Positions 10,428 through 19,127 are shown, counted from the first letter of the stretch. The stretch: 64,000 bases of DNA from Thermoplasmatales archaeon (GCA_027310185.1 DAIDBH010000014.1:160001-224000); one strand, 5' to 3'. Made by a program: numbers and translations. The notes: generated from the letters alone by a model not told the origin.

Positions 10428-11656
10428 TTATTGTGCTCCCTCATGTTAACTTTCTTCCACAGTGGTATGAATGACAGGAAGAAAATTGTACCTATTATGG
10501 TGAAAGGATACCATATCAGGCCAAGATCAGCTGAGAATATGGTGAGGAAGAATGTCCCCAGCACAGGTGCAATTGGTGTAACCATTCCTGAAAGTACCTG
10601 AAATGATGTGAAATACTGCCCCCTTTTATTAACAGGTGCAATCCTGCTTATGACTGTATTGATTGATGGTGAAACAATATTTTCACCCATAGTTATCAGA
10701 ATTGTGTCCAGTACCAGGAAGGTGAATCCCCTGAAGAAAGGCAGTAAGGAGAATGAAAAGAGATACACAATATAGCCAAGATTGATCCTGGTGATATCTT
10801 CCATCTTCTTCAGCAGCCTGTTTATGGGAAGCTGGCCTAAAGTCACAACAACCCCGTTAACAGAATAGAGCAAGCCTATGTCAAAATCCGTCATGCTGTC
10901 AAATCCCTTCCAGAAGAATGTGAGTGTTGTTCCCCATTGACCTAAAATCAGGTAAAATAATGAAATCAGAATGGCAACTATGAAGAATGGCCTGTCCTTG
11001 AAAGCCTTGAAGATATCCGGTTTCATGTTCACTGAGTCTTCCTTTTCATTCTCCCTTTTTATCTGCTGCTTTTTCAGGAATTTTGCATAGATAAACAGTT
11101 CCGAGAATGAGAAAACGGTCGTTAGGAGGAATATATAGCCATAGCCTATTCCTGCGATGAAACCTCCAATGGCTGGACCCAGTGAAAACCCAAGATTCTG
11201 AAGTATTCTGACAATACTGAACGCTGAGTTTCTCTCTGATACTGTTGAATTGTCTGAAACAATTACATTATCTGCGGCGCCAATTATGTTCATAAGCGGC
11301 TCGCTCAGGATGAGTACGAGATAGATCAGATAGAGGTTGCTGTTTTCAAAGATCAGCAATGTCAGGGAAAGAAGGAGGAGACCAAGAAATATATTTGATA
11401 TGATGATTACAGATCTGGCACCTCTCTTATCGATGAGACCGCCTGCCACCAGTGTTAAAGGAAGTGAGGATATTGCCATTAGAAATACTACAAAACCGAT
11501 GATGAGGTAAGGGACATGCCTTATTACAAGAAGGTAGAGAGGCAGGAAAATCCACATTTGCGATCTGGCAAATACTCTTATGAACTGGTTTGAGGCTACA
11601 ACGGCAATACCGTTCCTCCTGAAAATACTTATAGTTTGGTTACCTGATTGTTCCAA
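10424..11656 (-). CDS. MFS transporter
   Basis: GGLIDKRGAR motif A; NLGFSLGPAIGG; about 12 TM; TTG start uncertain. Confidence 0.87.
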   Translation of the reverse strand: MEQSGNQTISIFRRNGIAVVASNQFIRVFARSQMWIFLPLYLLVIRHVPYLIIGFVVFLMAISSLPLTLVAGGLIDKRGARSVIIISNIFLGLLLLSLTLLIFENSNLYLIYLVLILSEPLMNIIGAADNVIVSDNSTVSERNSAFSIVRILQNLGFSLGPAIGGFIAGIGYGYIFLLTTVFSFSELFIYAKFLKKQQIKRENEKEDSVNMKPDIFKAFKDRPFFIVAILISLFYLILGQWGTTLTFFWKGFDSMTDFDIGLLYSVNGVVVTLGQLPINRLLKKMEDITRINLGYIVYLFSFSLLPFFRGFTFLVLDTILITMGENIVSPSINTVISRIAPVNKRGQYFTSFQVLSGMVTPIAPVLGTFFLTIFSADLGLIWYPFTIIGTIFFLSFIPLWKKVNMREHNN

Positions 11657-11728
11657 GCGATTCAGAGCCTCATATCAGTGAAGCATATAAGCCTGATTTC
11701 AAAGTTAGAACGTAGTAATAAGTTAATT

Positions 11729-11749
11729 CTGTTTCGTGACTTTACATCT
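11729..11749. repeat. Target-site duplication copy 1 (CTGTTT) plus terminal inverted repeat
   Basis: ctgttt|cgtgactttacatct. Confidence 0.9.
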
Positions 11750-11819
11750 ATTTTAATTTTGTAGACTTCCCAATATGATTTTCAGGCTGTTTTTCTAAAC
11801 CACTATTGTGGGTGCACTA

Positions 11820-12221
11820 CTATTTCAATACCTGATCAAGTTTCATGATCATTCCAATCTTCCTTCCCGTTTCTGACTTGAAATCCAATCTCTCGCTCAC
11901 CTTTTTTCCCCTGGCAGCATATACAACCATTATATCTTTCATAACATCAACTGTTGATGGAAGAGATACGCTCTTCTCTGTCCTGTGCATTTCATTATAT
12001 ATCAGTGAAAGGAAAAGATAGGCAAGAAGAGACATAAACATGTGAACCCTAATCTTCTGTGGAGTTCTGTGATATACTGGAAATGCAATGCCCATGCTGT
12101 TTATTGTGCGGAAGCAGTGTTCCACCCTGTTTCTTTTCTTGTAGAGATCAATTATCCCAGCAGGATCCATATCCATGATGTTTGTGAATATGGCATTCTT
12201 TCCCATCATGGATAAACGTTC
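11820..12221 (-). pseudogene. IS1634-family DDE transposase, C-terminal fragment
   Basis: GKNAIFTN...IIDLYKKRNRVEHCFRTI...PVYHRTPQKIRVHMFMSLLAY (Y-x2-R-x3-E-x2-FR signature); N-terminal/central part missing. Confidence 0.85.
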
Positions 12222-12515
12222 GAAGAGATCCAAAAAGCCTATTTCAGGATGAAGACTGATAATCCATCACTTTACAAATTCCTGGAACGAGCGACGGACG
12301 ACCTCAAGCAAAACCCTTTCTGTGGTATTCAGATGCCAAAACGGCAAATACCGAAAACCTACGTGAGCAAATATGAGGTCAACAACCTGTGGAAATACAA
12401 CTTACCCAACGCCTGAAGGTTAGTTTATTCAGTTGCCGGGAGCGAAGTGGAAATAATTGCAATTCTGCTGGAGTGGTTTCCTCACAAGGAATATGAGAAG
12501 AGATTCAATTATTGA
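12222..12515 (+). pseudogene. RelE/ParE-like toxin pseudogene (5'-truncated, in-frame TGA at 12414-12416)
   Basis: Manual translation EEIQKAYFRMKTDNPSLYKFLERATDDLKQNPFCGIQMPKRQIPKTYVSKYEVNNLWKYNLPNA*RLVYSVAGSEVEIIAILLEWFPHKEYEKRFNY*. Confidence 0.65.
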
Positions 12516-12753
12516 AATTTGATGACGATTCTCTGGATTAACCACAGTCTAAATTGATTTTACAAAAATAAACGTGATATACTTTGAGATTGTTTTTCCA
12601 AAGGCGACGCTAACGTTTCCGAGGTACAGATAGTACCCACTTAATTGATTAAGGGAATAATTAACTTTAGGGTTCAGGTCTATCCTTCTTATGTGAAAAT
12701 GATGTTTCATTCACTAAATTAGCACTTTGATTGACACTGATTAACCTCACTTT

Positions 12754-13060
12754 TTACAACTTCCAGGATGTGAGTGAAAGTCCCAACGCAATAATTACGC
12801 TGACTCCCGAAACTAATGGCAGCATTGATAGGGAAAAGTAGCCGAATAGACTTCCGCCCAAAACGATTCCCAGAGCTATACCTATGTACAACATTGAGTT
12901 GTTAATAGCAAGGGCAGTTTGATGAGAATTTTTCGGCGAAAAATAGACCACCCTTCGTAACTGGGAAGGCATAAAGCCCAAAAGCAATCCATAGTGGAAG
13001 GGGTACACTTTCTATGAGCAAATACACGCCAAGTAGAATACCATAAACCGAAAACACGGG
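12754..13060 (-). pseudogene. C-terminal fragment of an MFS (DHA1-like) transporter, frameshifted
   Basis: PSQLRRVV...ALAINNSMLYIGIALGIVLGG resembles MFS TM10-12; upstream hydrophobic stretch lies in another frame. Confidence 0.6.
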
Positions 13061-13061
13061 A

Positions 13062-13415
13062 TCACGAACGCAATTGGCGTGTCATAGAATCTTTGCTTCT
13101 CATTAAAATGAGATATTTCATGTGGGTAAACGAAGCTAATAGAATCAGAGGAAAATAGGAAGCAATAAAAACCCATTGAGCTTGCTCTACTGAAGGCACG
13201 TAAACCGTCTCCAAGAGTACATGTCTGAAAATATAGAGCTCAAGCACGGTGACTATTGTAGCTACAACCATAATTGAAAGAGTCATTTTTTCGTAAAACG
13301 CTGCCCTAATAGGAACCGAAGTACGAAAATATCTGAAAGCGAGGCAAAAAGCCGCTCCTCCCTCGATTGCGAGAAGTAAAATCCAAAAATAAAGAAGTTG
13401 GATAATAATTGTCAC
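13062..13415 (-). CDS. Small 3-TM membrane protein (candidate immunity protein)
   Basis: Hydrophobic ORF directly behind the stop of 13420..14550; probable GTG start at 13415 (ORF track extends to 13451). Confidence 0.6.
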   Translation of the reverse strand: MTIIIQLLYFWILLLAIEGGAAFCLAFRYFRTSVPIRAAFYEKMTLSIMVVATIVTVLELYIFRHVLLETVYVPSVEQAQWVFIASYFPLILLASFTHMKYLILMRSKDSMTRQLRS

Positions 13416-13419
13416 CTTC

Positions 13420-14550
13420 TTAACTAAACCAAACCCAGTTTCCGCTACCATAATCGCTTACAAACTGATTATTAACGCTGGAAACCTCAGCACTGAAAGT
13501 GACTCCCATGATACCCCCATAGGCTACAAATGGTACGTTATACCAAAAAGTATAAGAGTTTCCATTGGAGTTCAAACCATATAGACCAACAGATGATGCA
13601 AACGTACCTACAAGTGTAATCCATGGATAAAAGTAATCATTAACGAAATCCAGATGGATATAAGAAAAGCCAGTGCTTTCATAGTAGCTAAGCATTGTTG
13701 AAGCCTCATACAATAATCCCACGCCTACAATTATCAGAGCAGCTCCAATTGCTTGTGCCAAGACCGGAACCGGTATGAAAAGTGCGACCAGCCCTGCAGC
13801 AGCCAATCCATATCCAGCGTATGTAGTTGTACTTTCCCAATTATTGAAAAACGATTGAGCAGCAGAACCTGTAAATTCCACATTGTAGTTATCATTTTCA
13901 CCATACGTTAGAGACCATCCCCCAAGGTACCACGGGGCGTGATAAACATAATAATTAATGTTGACCCATACCCACGGGTCTATCACGCTACCAGTAGGCG
14001 TAGTAACGTTCACTGCCCATACTTCATACTGGGTTCCATTAAAGTTCGCTTCGTATAACACGCTATGGTCATGAAATGTTCCCTGAGAAGTGACAGTAGA
14101 AGTATTTATTTCGTTAATCGGTGTTCCAGAATAAACAACCTGCTCCTTTAACTGCAAGGATTGCTGGGCACTTTGAGCATTTGAATAGTTATTTTGTTCC
14201 TCACTGGTAAGAATCTGAAGATACATTTCCGCCGTCTGATTTTGACTTACAAATTCTTGAAACAATGCGATTGATGCATTCGTGTTTTGAATGCCTTGTG
14301 CTTGTCCATTAGACTGCAACCAATTTAAAAACAGAGTGGCTATCGAATTTTCTGTTCCACTCTGATTTTGTGTAGTAAATGTGGCAGCTTCAAAGTTAGG
14401 CGAATATCCGTTAACAACATGAGAATTGGAAGTTTGAACCAAATCTGAATTGCTTGTAACAGGAGAGAACCACAAAGCAGAAAGAGCAACCACTACAATC
14501 AGAGAAATAGATATTATAAGTTTTCCTCGGAGGCCATTTTTTAAGTTCAT
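13420..14550 (-). CDS. Secreted protein with C-terminal hydrophobic hairpin (candidate archaeocin/toxin precursor)
   Basis: Basic n-region MNLKNGLRGK plus h-region; N/Q/S/T-rich N-half with 7 N-glycosylation sequons; hairpin GLAAAGLVALFIPVPVLAQAIGAALIIVGVGLLY; function inferred. Confidence 0.7.
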   Translation of the reverse strand: MNLKNGLRGKLIISISLIVVVALSALWFSPVTSNSDLVQTSNSHVVNGYSPNFEAATFTTQNQSGTENSIATLFLNWLQSNGQAQGIQNTNASIALFQEFVSQNQTAEMYLQILTSEEQNNYSNAQSAQQSLQLKEQVVYSGTPINEINTSTVTSQGTFHDHSVLYEANFNGTQYEVWAVNVTTPTGSVIDPWVWVNINYYVYHAPWYLGGWSLTYGENDNYNVEFTGSAAQSFFNNWESTTTYAGYGLAAAGLVALFIPVPVLAQAIGAALIIVGVGLLYEASTMLSYYESTGFSYIHLDFVNDYFYPWITLVGTFASSVGLYGLNSNGNSYTFWYNVPFVAYGGIMGVTFSAEVSSVNNQFVSDYGSGNWVWFS

Positions 14551-14817
14551 AAATTATTATCACAATACAACGTATATAGTTATGGATACGTTATGAAGCG
14601 TTCCAGCCTGGGAGAGTTCGGTGTCATACAATGCAACACCAAAAAATAATAGATATTTATTTCGTTTATGGCGTTTTCCTTTTCTTTTTGCCTACTTTTT
14701 CGGGAAAAATTATGGTCGAAGAAATCCGCTAATCTGCATTAATCAAAAATGCGGGTCTCTGAGAATCCCCTTTCTTGGTGAAACTTCTTTCTAAGAAGTT
14801 TGAACAAGAAATAGAAA

Positions 14818-15210
14818 TTAACTATTATGAGAAGGATGATTTAAATATGCTAACCTAACTGCGATTAAAACTACTATAATCAGGAACGCTTGAAGTATCA
14901 CAACTGCAACTATATCTGTGAAGCCTCTTAGATAAAGATATAGTTCTATCTCTGATAACATTATAAAGAGTAAAGTTAGTAACGAGGTGATATTAACAAA
15001 ACTTGAGAAACCATATCCATGTTTTTTACCACCGAAATAACCCAGACTATTCATAAACAAAAGCAAGAAAAGCCCAATCAGTAAAAAGAATAGAACAATG
15101 CTTTCCAAATTTAAGTTCTTAAATATGGTGAATAATACCGATAGTAATGAAATACTTGCGAGAGCCTCTGATATTGTGTAAAATTTATTAAAGAATTTAG
15201 CATTTTTCAA
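14818..15210 (-). CDS. Small 4-TM membrane protein (candidate immunity protein)
   Basis: Four hydrophobic segments; TTG start 10 nt after the upstream stop, with AGGTGG RBS. Confidence 0.65.
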   Translation of the reverse strand: MKNAKFFNKFYTISEALASISLLSVLFTIFKNLNLESIVLFFLLIGLFLLLFMNSLGYFGGKKHGYGFSSFVNITSLLTLLFIMLSEIELYLYLRGFTDIVAVVILQAFLIIVVLIAVRLAYLNHPSHNS

Positions 15211-15220
15211 GTAAGACCAC

Positions 15221-15691
15221 CTAACAATCCTGCGTTAGTAGAATGGCCTCTGCTATTGGCAGAATATTGATAATCGCATACAGAGCAATACACCCAAATA
15301 TGTCTCCAGAAAAACAAGCGACTGCAGCAGCAACAAGACCTATGCCTGTGACGCCTAATGATGCAATTTCTGCGAGGCAAGCAGCCAAGTTTCCATCAAT
15401 AAGGTATACCCCTGTCATAACTACTTTTTGTTTCAGAATGTGGTCTGGTGTAATTTTTATAAAAGAAGTCAACGATTGCGCTGTAAGTAGATAATAGATG
15501 CCAAGGGTTGTTAATGTTTTATTTCCACTTTCTAGATATTTCATGGATAGTGAATATATACCGGACTGTATGCTTAGAAGCTGCCCATACAAGTCGGAAC
15601 TGAAATTGGTGATGAGTACGTCCCCTAAATGTAAATCTCTCCCTTGATTTGGTTGAAAGGCAATTGCCATCACAGATAATAGTGCACCCAC
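15221..15691 (-). CDS. Probably 5'-truncated secreted precursor with Cys-stapled hydrophobic C-terminal hairpin (bacteriocin/halocin-like)
   Basis: C105-x20-C126-x7-C134-x21-C156(C-terminus); residual hydrophobic N-terminus (FVS)VGALLSVMAIAF without a basic n-region. Confidence 0.6.
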   Translation of the reverse strand: MGALLSVMAIAFQPNQGRDLHLGDVLITNFSSDLYGQLLSIQSGIYSLSMKYLESGNKTLTTLGIYYLLTAQSLTSFIKITPDHILKQKVVMTGVYLIDGNLAACLAEIASLGVTGIGLVAAAVACFSGDIFGCIALYAIINILPIAEAILLTQDC

Positions 15692-15806
15692 ACTAACAAA
15701 CTCTTCTCTCTAAATACATTGTGTACATATGAAAATACTGTGTACCCACAGACAGATTTACAGAAAATAGCTAAATTGCGTGTTCCATGATATACTAATA
15801 AAAAGA

Positions 15807-15827
15807 AGATGTAAAGTCACGCTGTTT
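15807..15827. repeat. Terminal inverted repeat plus target-site duplication copy 2 (CTGTTT)
   Basis: agatgtaaagtcacg|ctgttt. Confidence 0.9.
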
Positions 15828-15834
15828 TCTTAAA

Positions 15835-16947
15835 TTATCTGATTTCCTTTATGGTATTTGGAGGTAGATATGCACATGATGGATCTGATTCAAGGAAATT
15901 GCCTGTTTCTACATATGCCCTTGCCCTTGATCCTCCACACACTCCATTGAACTCACATGATGCACATTTCCCCATAAGCCGCCCCGTATCACTGATCTCT
16001 TTTAGAACATGGCTCGCCCTTATGATGTCCTTCAGGTTCTGTTCCCTGACATTTCCAATGGACAGGTTGAAGAGGCCTGATACTGAGACTTCACCGGTAG
16101 AAGAAACGAAGAGTGTCCTGATTCTTCTTCTGGGATTGTACTGCTCCGGAATTTCCAGATCGAATATATCAATGCCAGTGAGCTTCCTGGTTTCCACTGC
16201 CAGGGCATTGAGAAGCGTTCCACCTTCCATGTATCCCTTTCGTATGGTCTCGATCTCTATCCTGCTTATTTCAGGCGCCTCTACAGTTCTTATGGAACAG
16301 CCTGCTACCTTCAACATGTACAGGTATTTGAGCACATCTTCCATTTCCTGTGATGAAATTGGTTCCTCTGAAATGCCTCTTCCTGTCTTTATCAGGAAGA
16401 ACAGTTCCCATATGTTTATGCCAAGTTCCCTCAGGGTATGAAAGATGAATGGCAGGTCCATTATATTTCTCTCCATTACAGTGGTATTTATCTGTGTCTT
16501 GATCCCCTCTGATTTGATCAGGCTTGCCAGTTCTACAGTTTTCTTGAACGAACCCCTCCTGTTCCTTATATGGTCGTGAGTTGACGGAATACCATCAAGA
16601 GAAAGAGATATGGAACTTACACCGTATTCCTCCATCTGGAATATCTGATCCACTGTCATAAAGTCTCCAGCTGAGGGGCTCACGGAAAAACTCAATCGCA
16701 GTCTGGATGCATCCAGCAGGATGCTTGCGAAATCCGGATGAAGCAATGGGTTACCACCTGTAAAGATGATGTGTGGTATTCGATCCATTGAGGAAGAGAG
16801 GTTTTCCAGCAATTTCCTGATTTCATAACCTTTCATCTCTTCCGGACTGACTTCAGTGATGGAAGAGGCCCTGCAATGTACACAACTATAATCGCACGCT
16901 TTTGTTAATTCAATAAACAGTAAGTCCGGTGAATACTCTCTTTCCAT
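15835..16947 (-). CDS. Radical SAM/SPASM domain protein (TIGR04053/NirJ-Ahb-like)
   Basis: ELTKACDYSCVHCRA, FTGGNPL, C-terminal GKCASCEFNGVCGGSRARAY...DPSC. Confidence 0.88.
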   Translation of the reverse strand: MEREYSPDLLFIELTKACDYSCVHCRASSITEVSPEEMKGYEIRKLLENLSSSMDRIPHIIFTGGNPLLHPDFASILLDASRLRLSFSVSPSAGDFMTVDQIFQMEEYGVSSISLSLDGIPSTHDHIRNRRGSFKKTVELASLIKSEGIKTQINTTVMERNIMDLPFIFHTLRELGINIWELFFLIKTGRGISEEPISSQEMEDVLKYLYMLKVAGCSIRTVEAPEISRIEIETIRKGYMEGGTLLNALAVETRKLTGIDIFDLEIPEQYNPRRRIRTLFVSSTGEVSVSGLFNLSIGNVREQNLKDIIRASHVLKEISDTGRLMGKCASCEFNGVCGGSRARAYVETGNFLESDPSCAYLPPNTIKEIR

Positions 16948-17114
16948 AATCTCTCTATAAGCCGTATAAATAAATAGTAATACCCCAATATGTTAAGGTA
17001 AATTATTTCTAGCAGACAATATAGAAATAGCAAAACTCAATTTATACGGACATAGTATTGTTTCCGGAGTCCGTTGAATAGATAATAATTTAAATGTCAT
17101 ACACATGTCATACC

Positions 17115-18296
17115 ATGGATTTGCTGGTGGTTTTCATCACTGGATTTGGTTCAGGTGCCATTGTTTCATCTGTACTTTTCTATCTCCATTTCAGGAAAAA
17201 ACCCAGCCTTTCAGTGGATCGGGATATAATTAAGTCAATTTCTGTAGATGTCCTGAAGGAGGCCAGTGAGCAGAATATAAAAATGACAGAAAATCTGCTG
17301 AAGAGTGTTTCATACAATACCGCATCCATATTTGATGAAAAGAAATCCGAAATTGATTCGCTGGTCATCCCACTGAGGGATGAACTTAAACATTACAGGG
17401 AACAGATAGAGAAGATAGAGAATATCAGGAGAGAAGATTACGGAAATATAAGGAATTTCCTGGACACAATTGGTGAGACAACATCCAGGATAAGACAGGA
17501 GACACTTGCGCTGAACCAGATGTTGAAAAATTCCCAGTCCAGAGGTAGATGGGGAGAGATAACACTGAGGAAGATTGTGGAAAATGCTGGACTCACAGAG
17601 CACATAGATTTTGAGGAACAGGTACAGGGTACCGGAGGTGAGAGACCAGACATGATAATACACCTACCGGGTTCCAAGGAAGTTATCGTGGATTCTAAGG
17701 CCCCATACAAGAAATTCATAGAAGCATTCGAAGAGGAGAATCCTGAAAAAAAATCTGAAATAATGAAGGAATTTGCAGCGGATCTGAAAAAACAGATAAA
17801 GAACCTGAGCTCTAAGCAATATTATGAGAAGGTGCCAGGCTCATTCCAGTTCACAGTAATGTTCCTGCCCCATGAAAGCATGCTCAACGGTGCCATTGGA
17901 ACAGATCCAGAAATTCTGGATTATGCACTATGGAACAACATAGTACTGGCCACCCCACTTACCTTCTTTGCACTCATGAAGGTGATCCAGATGTCATGGA
18001 AGGAAGATTCAATGCTGAGAAATTCTGGAGAACTGGTGAAAATATCCGGGAATATCTATGAGAGAATGAACGGGATGTATGAACGGGTTGAAAGGATTGG
18101 GAAAAATATAAATTCTCTCGTAAAGGATTATAATTCGCTTATTTCATTCAGTGAAAGCAGGGTCCTGCCATCACTTAGAAGAATGAACCAGATAGGCGAG
18201 CTTGGGAAAACTGAAACAATGTCTGGCAAGGAATTGGAAGAATTAACAAGGGAGCCCGTTGCTGAAAAGTGGAACGCAACAGAAAGAACAGATTAA
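17115..18296 (+). CDS. rmuC: DNA recombination protein RmuC
   Basis: N-terminal TM, coiled coil, RGRWGEITL, RPDMIIHLPG, VIVDSKAP, FTVMFLPHE, ATPLT; start at MDLL. Confidence 0.92.
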   Translation: MDLLVVFITGFGSGAIVSSVLFYLHFRKKPSLSVDRDIIKSISVDVLKEASEQNIKMTENLLKSVSYNTASIFDEKKSEIDSLVIPLRDELKHYREQIEKIENIRREDYGNIRNFLDTIGETTSRIRQETLALNQMLKNSQSRGRWGEITLRKIVENAGLTEHIDFEEQVQGTGGERPDMIIHLPGSKEVIVDSKAPYKKFIEAFEEENPEKKSEIMKEFAADLKKQIKNLSSKQYYEKVPGSFQFTVMFLPHESMLNGAIGTDPEILDYALWNNIVLATPLTFFALMKVIQMSWKEDSMLRNSGELVKISGNIYERMNGMYERVERIGKNINSLVKDYNSLISFSESRVLPSLRRMNQIGELGKTETMSGKELEELTREPVAEKWNATERTD

Positions 18297-18356
18297 CTCA
18301 TACGGCTCCAGCCTTGCATGAGAGAATATTGGTTTGGACATCTACCTCATTTAAAA

Positions 18357-19127
18357 TTAAAGTTCAGTATCCATGAAGATGGTTACTGGAGCGTGATCTG
18401 AACCTTTCACATTATCCATTATGTCTGCTGAAATCATCTTTCCCTTAAGGGCAGCGGAAATAATGAAATAATCTATTCTCCATCCTATATTCTTTTCCCT
18501 TGCCCTTCCCATATAAGACCACCATGAGTACTTTACCTCATTCTGGTGAGTTATCCTGAAACTATCGATGAAACCATCACCAAGAAAATTGTCCATCCAT
18601 GTTCTCTCCTCAATTGTGAATCCTGCGTTCTTCTGGTTTTCCTTTGGCCTTGCAATATCTATCTCGGTGTGCGCAACGTTGAAATCCCCACATATTATGA
18701 CCGGCTTCCTCTTCTCCAGATCCTTTATCCATTCCTGAAATTCCCGGTTGAAATCAAGTTTATACTGAAGTCTTTCAAGATTCCTCCTTGAATTGGGGAA
18801 ATATGAGTTTACAAGGAAGAATTCCCTGAATTCCAGTGTAAGCAGCCTCCCTTCCCCATCATATTTCTGGCTTCCCATGCCTTTCATTACACTCAGTGGT
18901 TCCACCTTTGTCAGTGTGATCGTGCCGCTGTATCCCTTTTTTTCTGCTTCATTGATATACAATTTATATCCTGCCGAAAGTAGTTCAACGGGAAGGGATG
19001 ATCCCATTATCTTTGTTTCCTGCATACAGAGAACATCCGGTTTCACCGATTCTACAAAATCCATTAAACCATGGTCCATTGAAGCTCTAAGTCCATTTAC
19101 ATTCCATGAATATAATTTAACTACCAT
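18357..19127 (-). CDS. xth: Exodeoxyribonuclease III (AP endonuclease)
   Basis: SWNVNGLRA, QETK, GYSG, ICGDFNVAH, YSWWSY, GWRIDYF, GSDHAPV. Confidence 0.95.
   Translation of the reverse strand: MVVKLYSWNVNGLRASMDHGLMDFVESVKPDVLCMQETKIMGSSLPVELLSAGYKLYINEAEKKGYSGTITLTKVEPLSVMKGMGSQKYDGEGRLLTLEFREFFLVNSYFPNSRRNLERLQYKLDFNREFQEWIKDLEKRKPVIICGDFNVAHTEIDIARPKENQKNAGFTIEERTWMDNFLGDGFIDSFRITHQNEVKYSWWSYMGRAREKNIGWRIDYFIISAALKGKMISADIMDNVKGSDHAPVTIFMDTEL

Larger units (their letters stand above)
11735..15821 (-). mobile_element. IS1634-family-derived non-autonomous cargo element (4087 bp) with 15-bp TIRs and 6-bp TSD
   Basis: CGTGACTTTACATCT at 11735-11749 and its exact reverse complement AGATGTAAAGTCACG at 15807-15821; CTGTTT immediately outside both ends (11729-11734, 15822-15827); transposase 3' fragment inside the left end. 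Confidence 0.88.

Noticed and set aside
12414-12416. TGA recoding (Trp or Sec) in the RelE-like frame
   Set aside because: TGA is a normal stop in many genes here, and the frame is also 5'-truncated; a simple nonsense mutation is more likely.
15699-15719. Phase variation or slippage in GAGAGAAGAG restoring a signal peptide (MYLERR-FVSVGALL)
   Set aside because: The repeat is too short and imperfect. It is better explained as the transposase 5' stub joined to truncated cargo, although not fully excluded.
15221-16947. Radical SAM/SPASM enzyme plus Cys-rich peptide as a sactipeptide/ranthipeptide RiPP cluster
   Set aside because: The TIR and TSD (15807-15827) fall between the two genes. The rSAM gene is host flank and the peptide gene is inserted cargo, so the adjacency is an insertion artefact.
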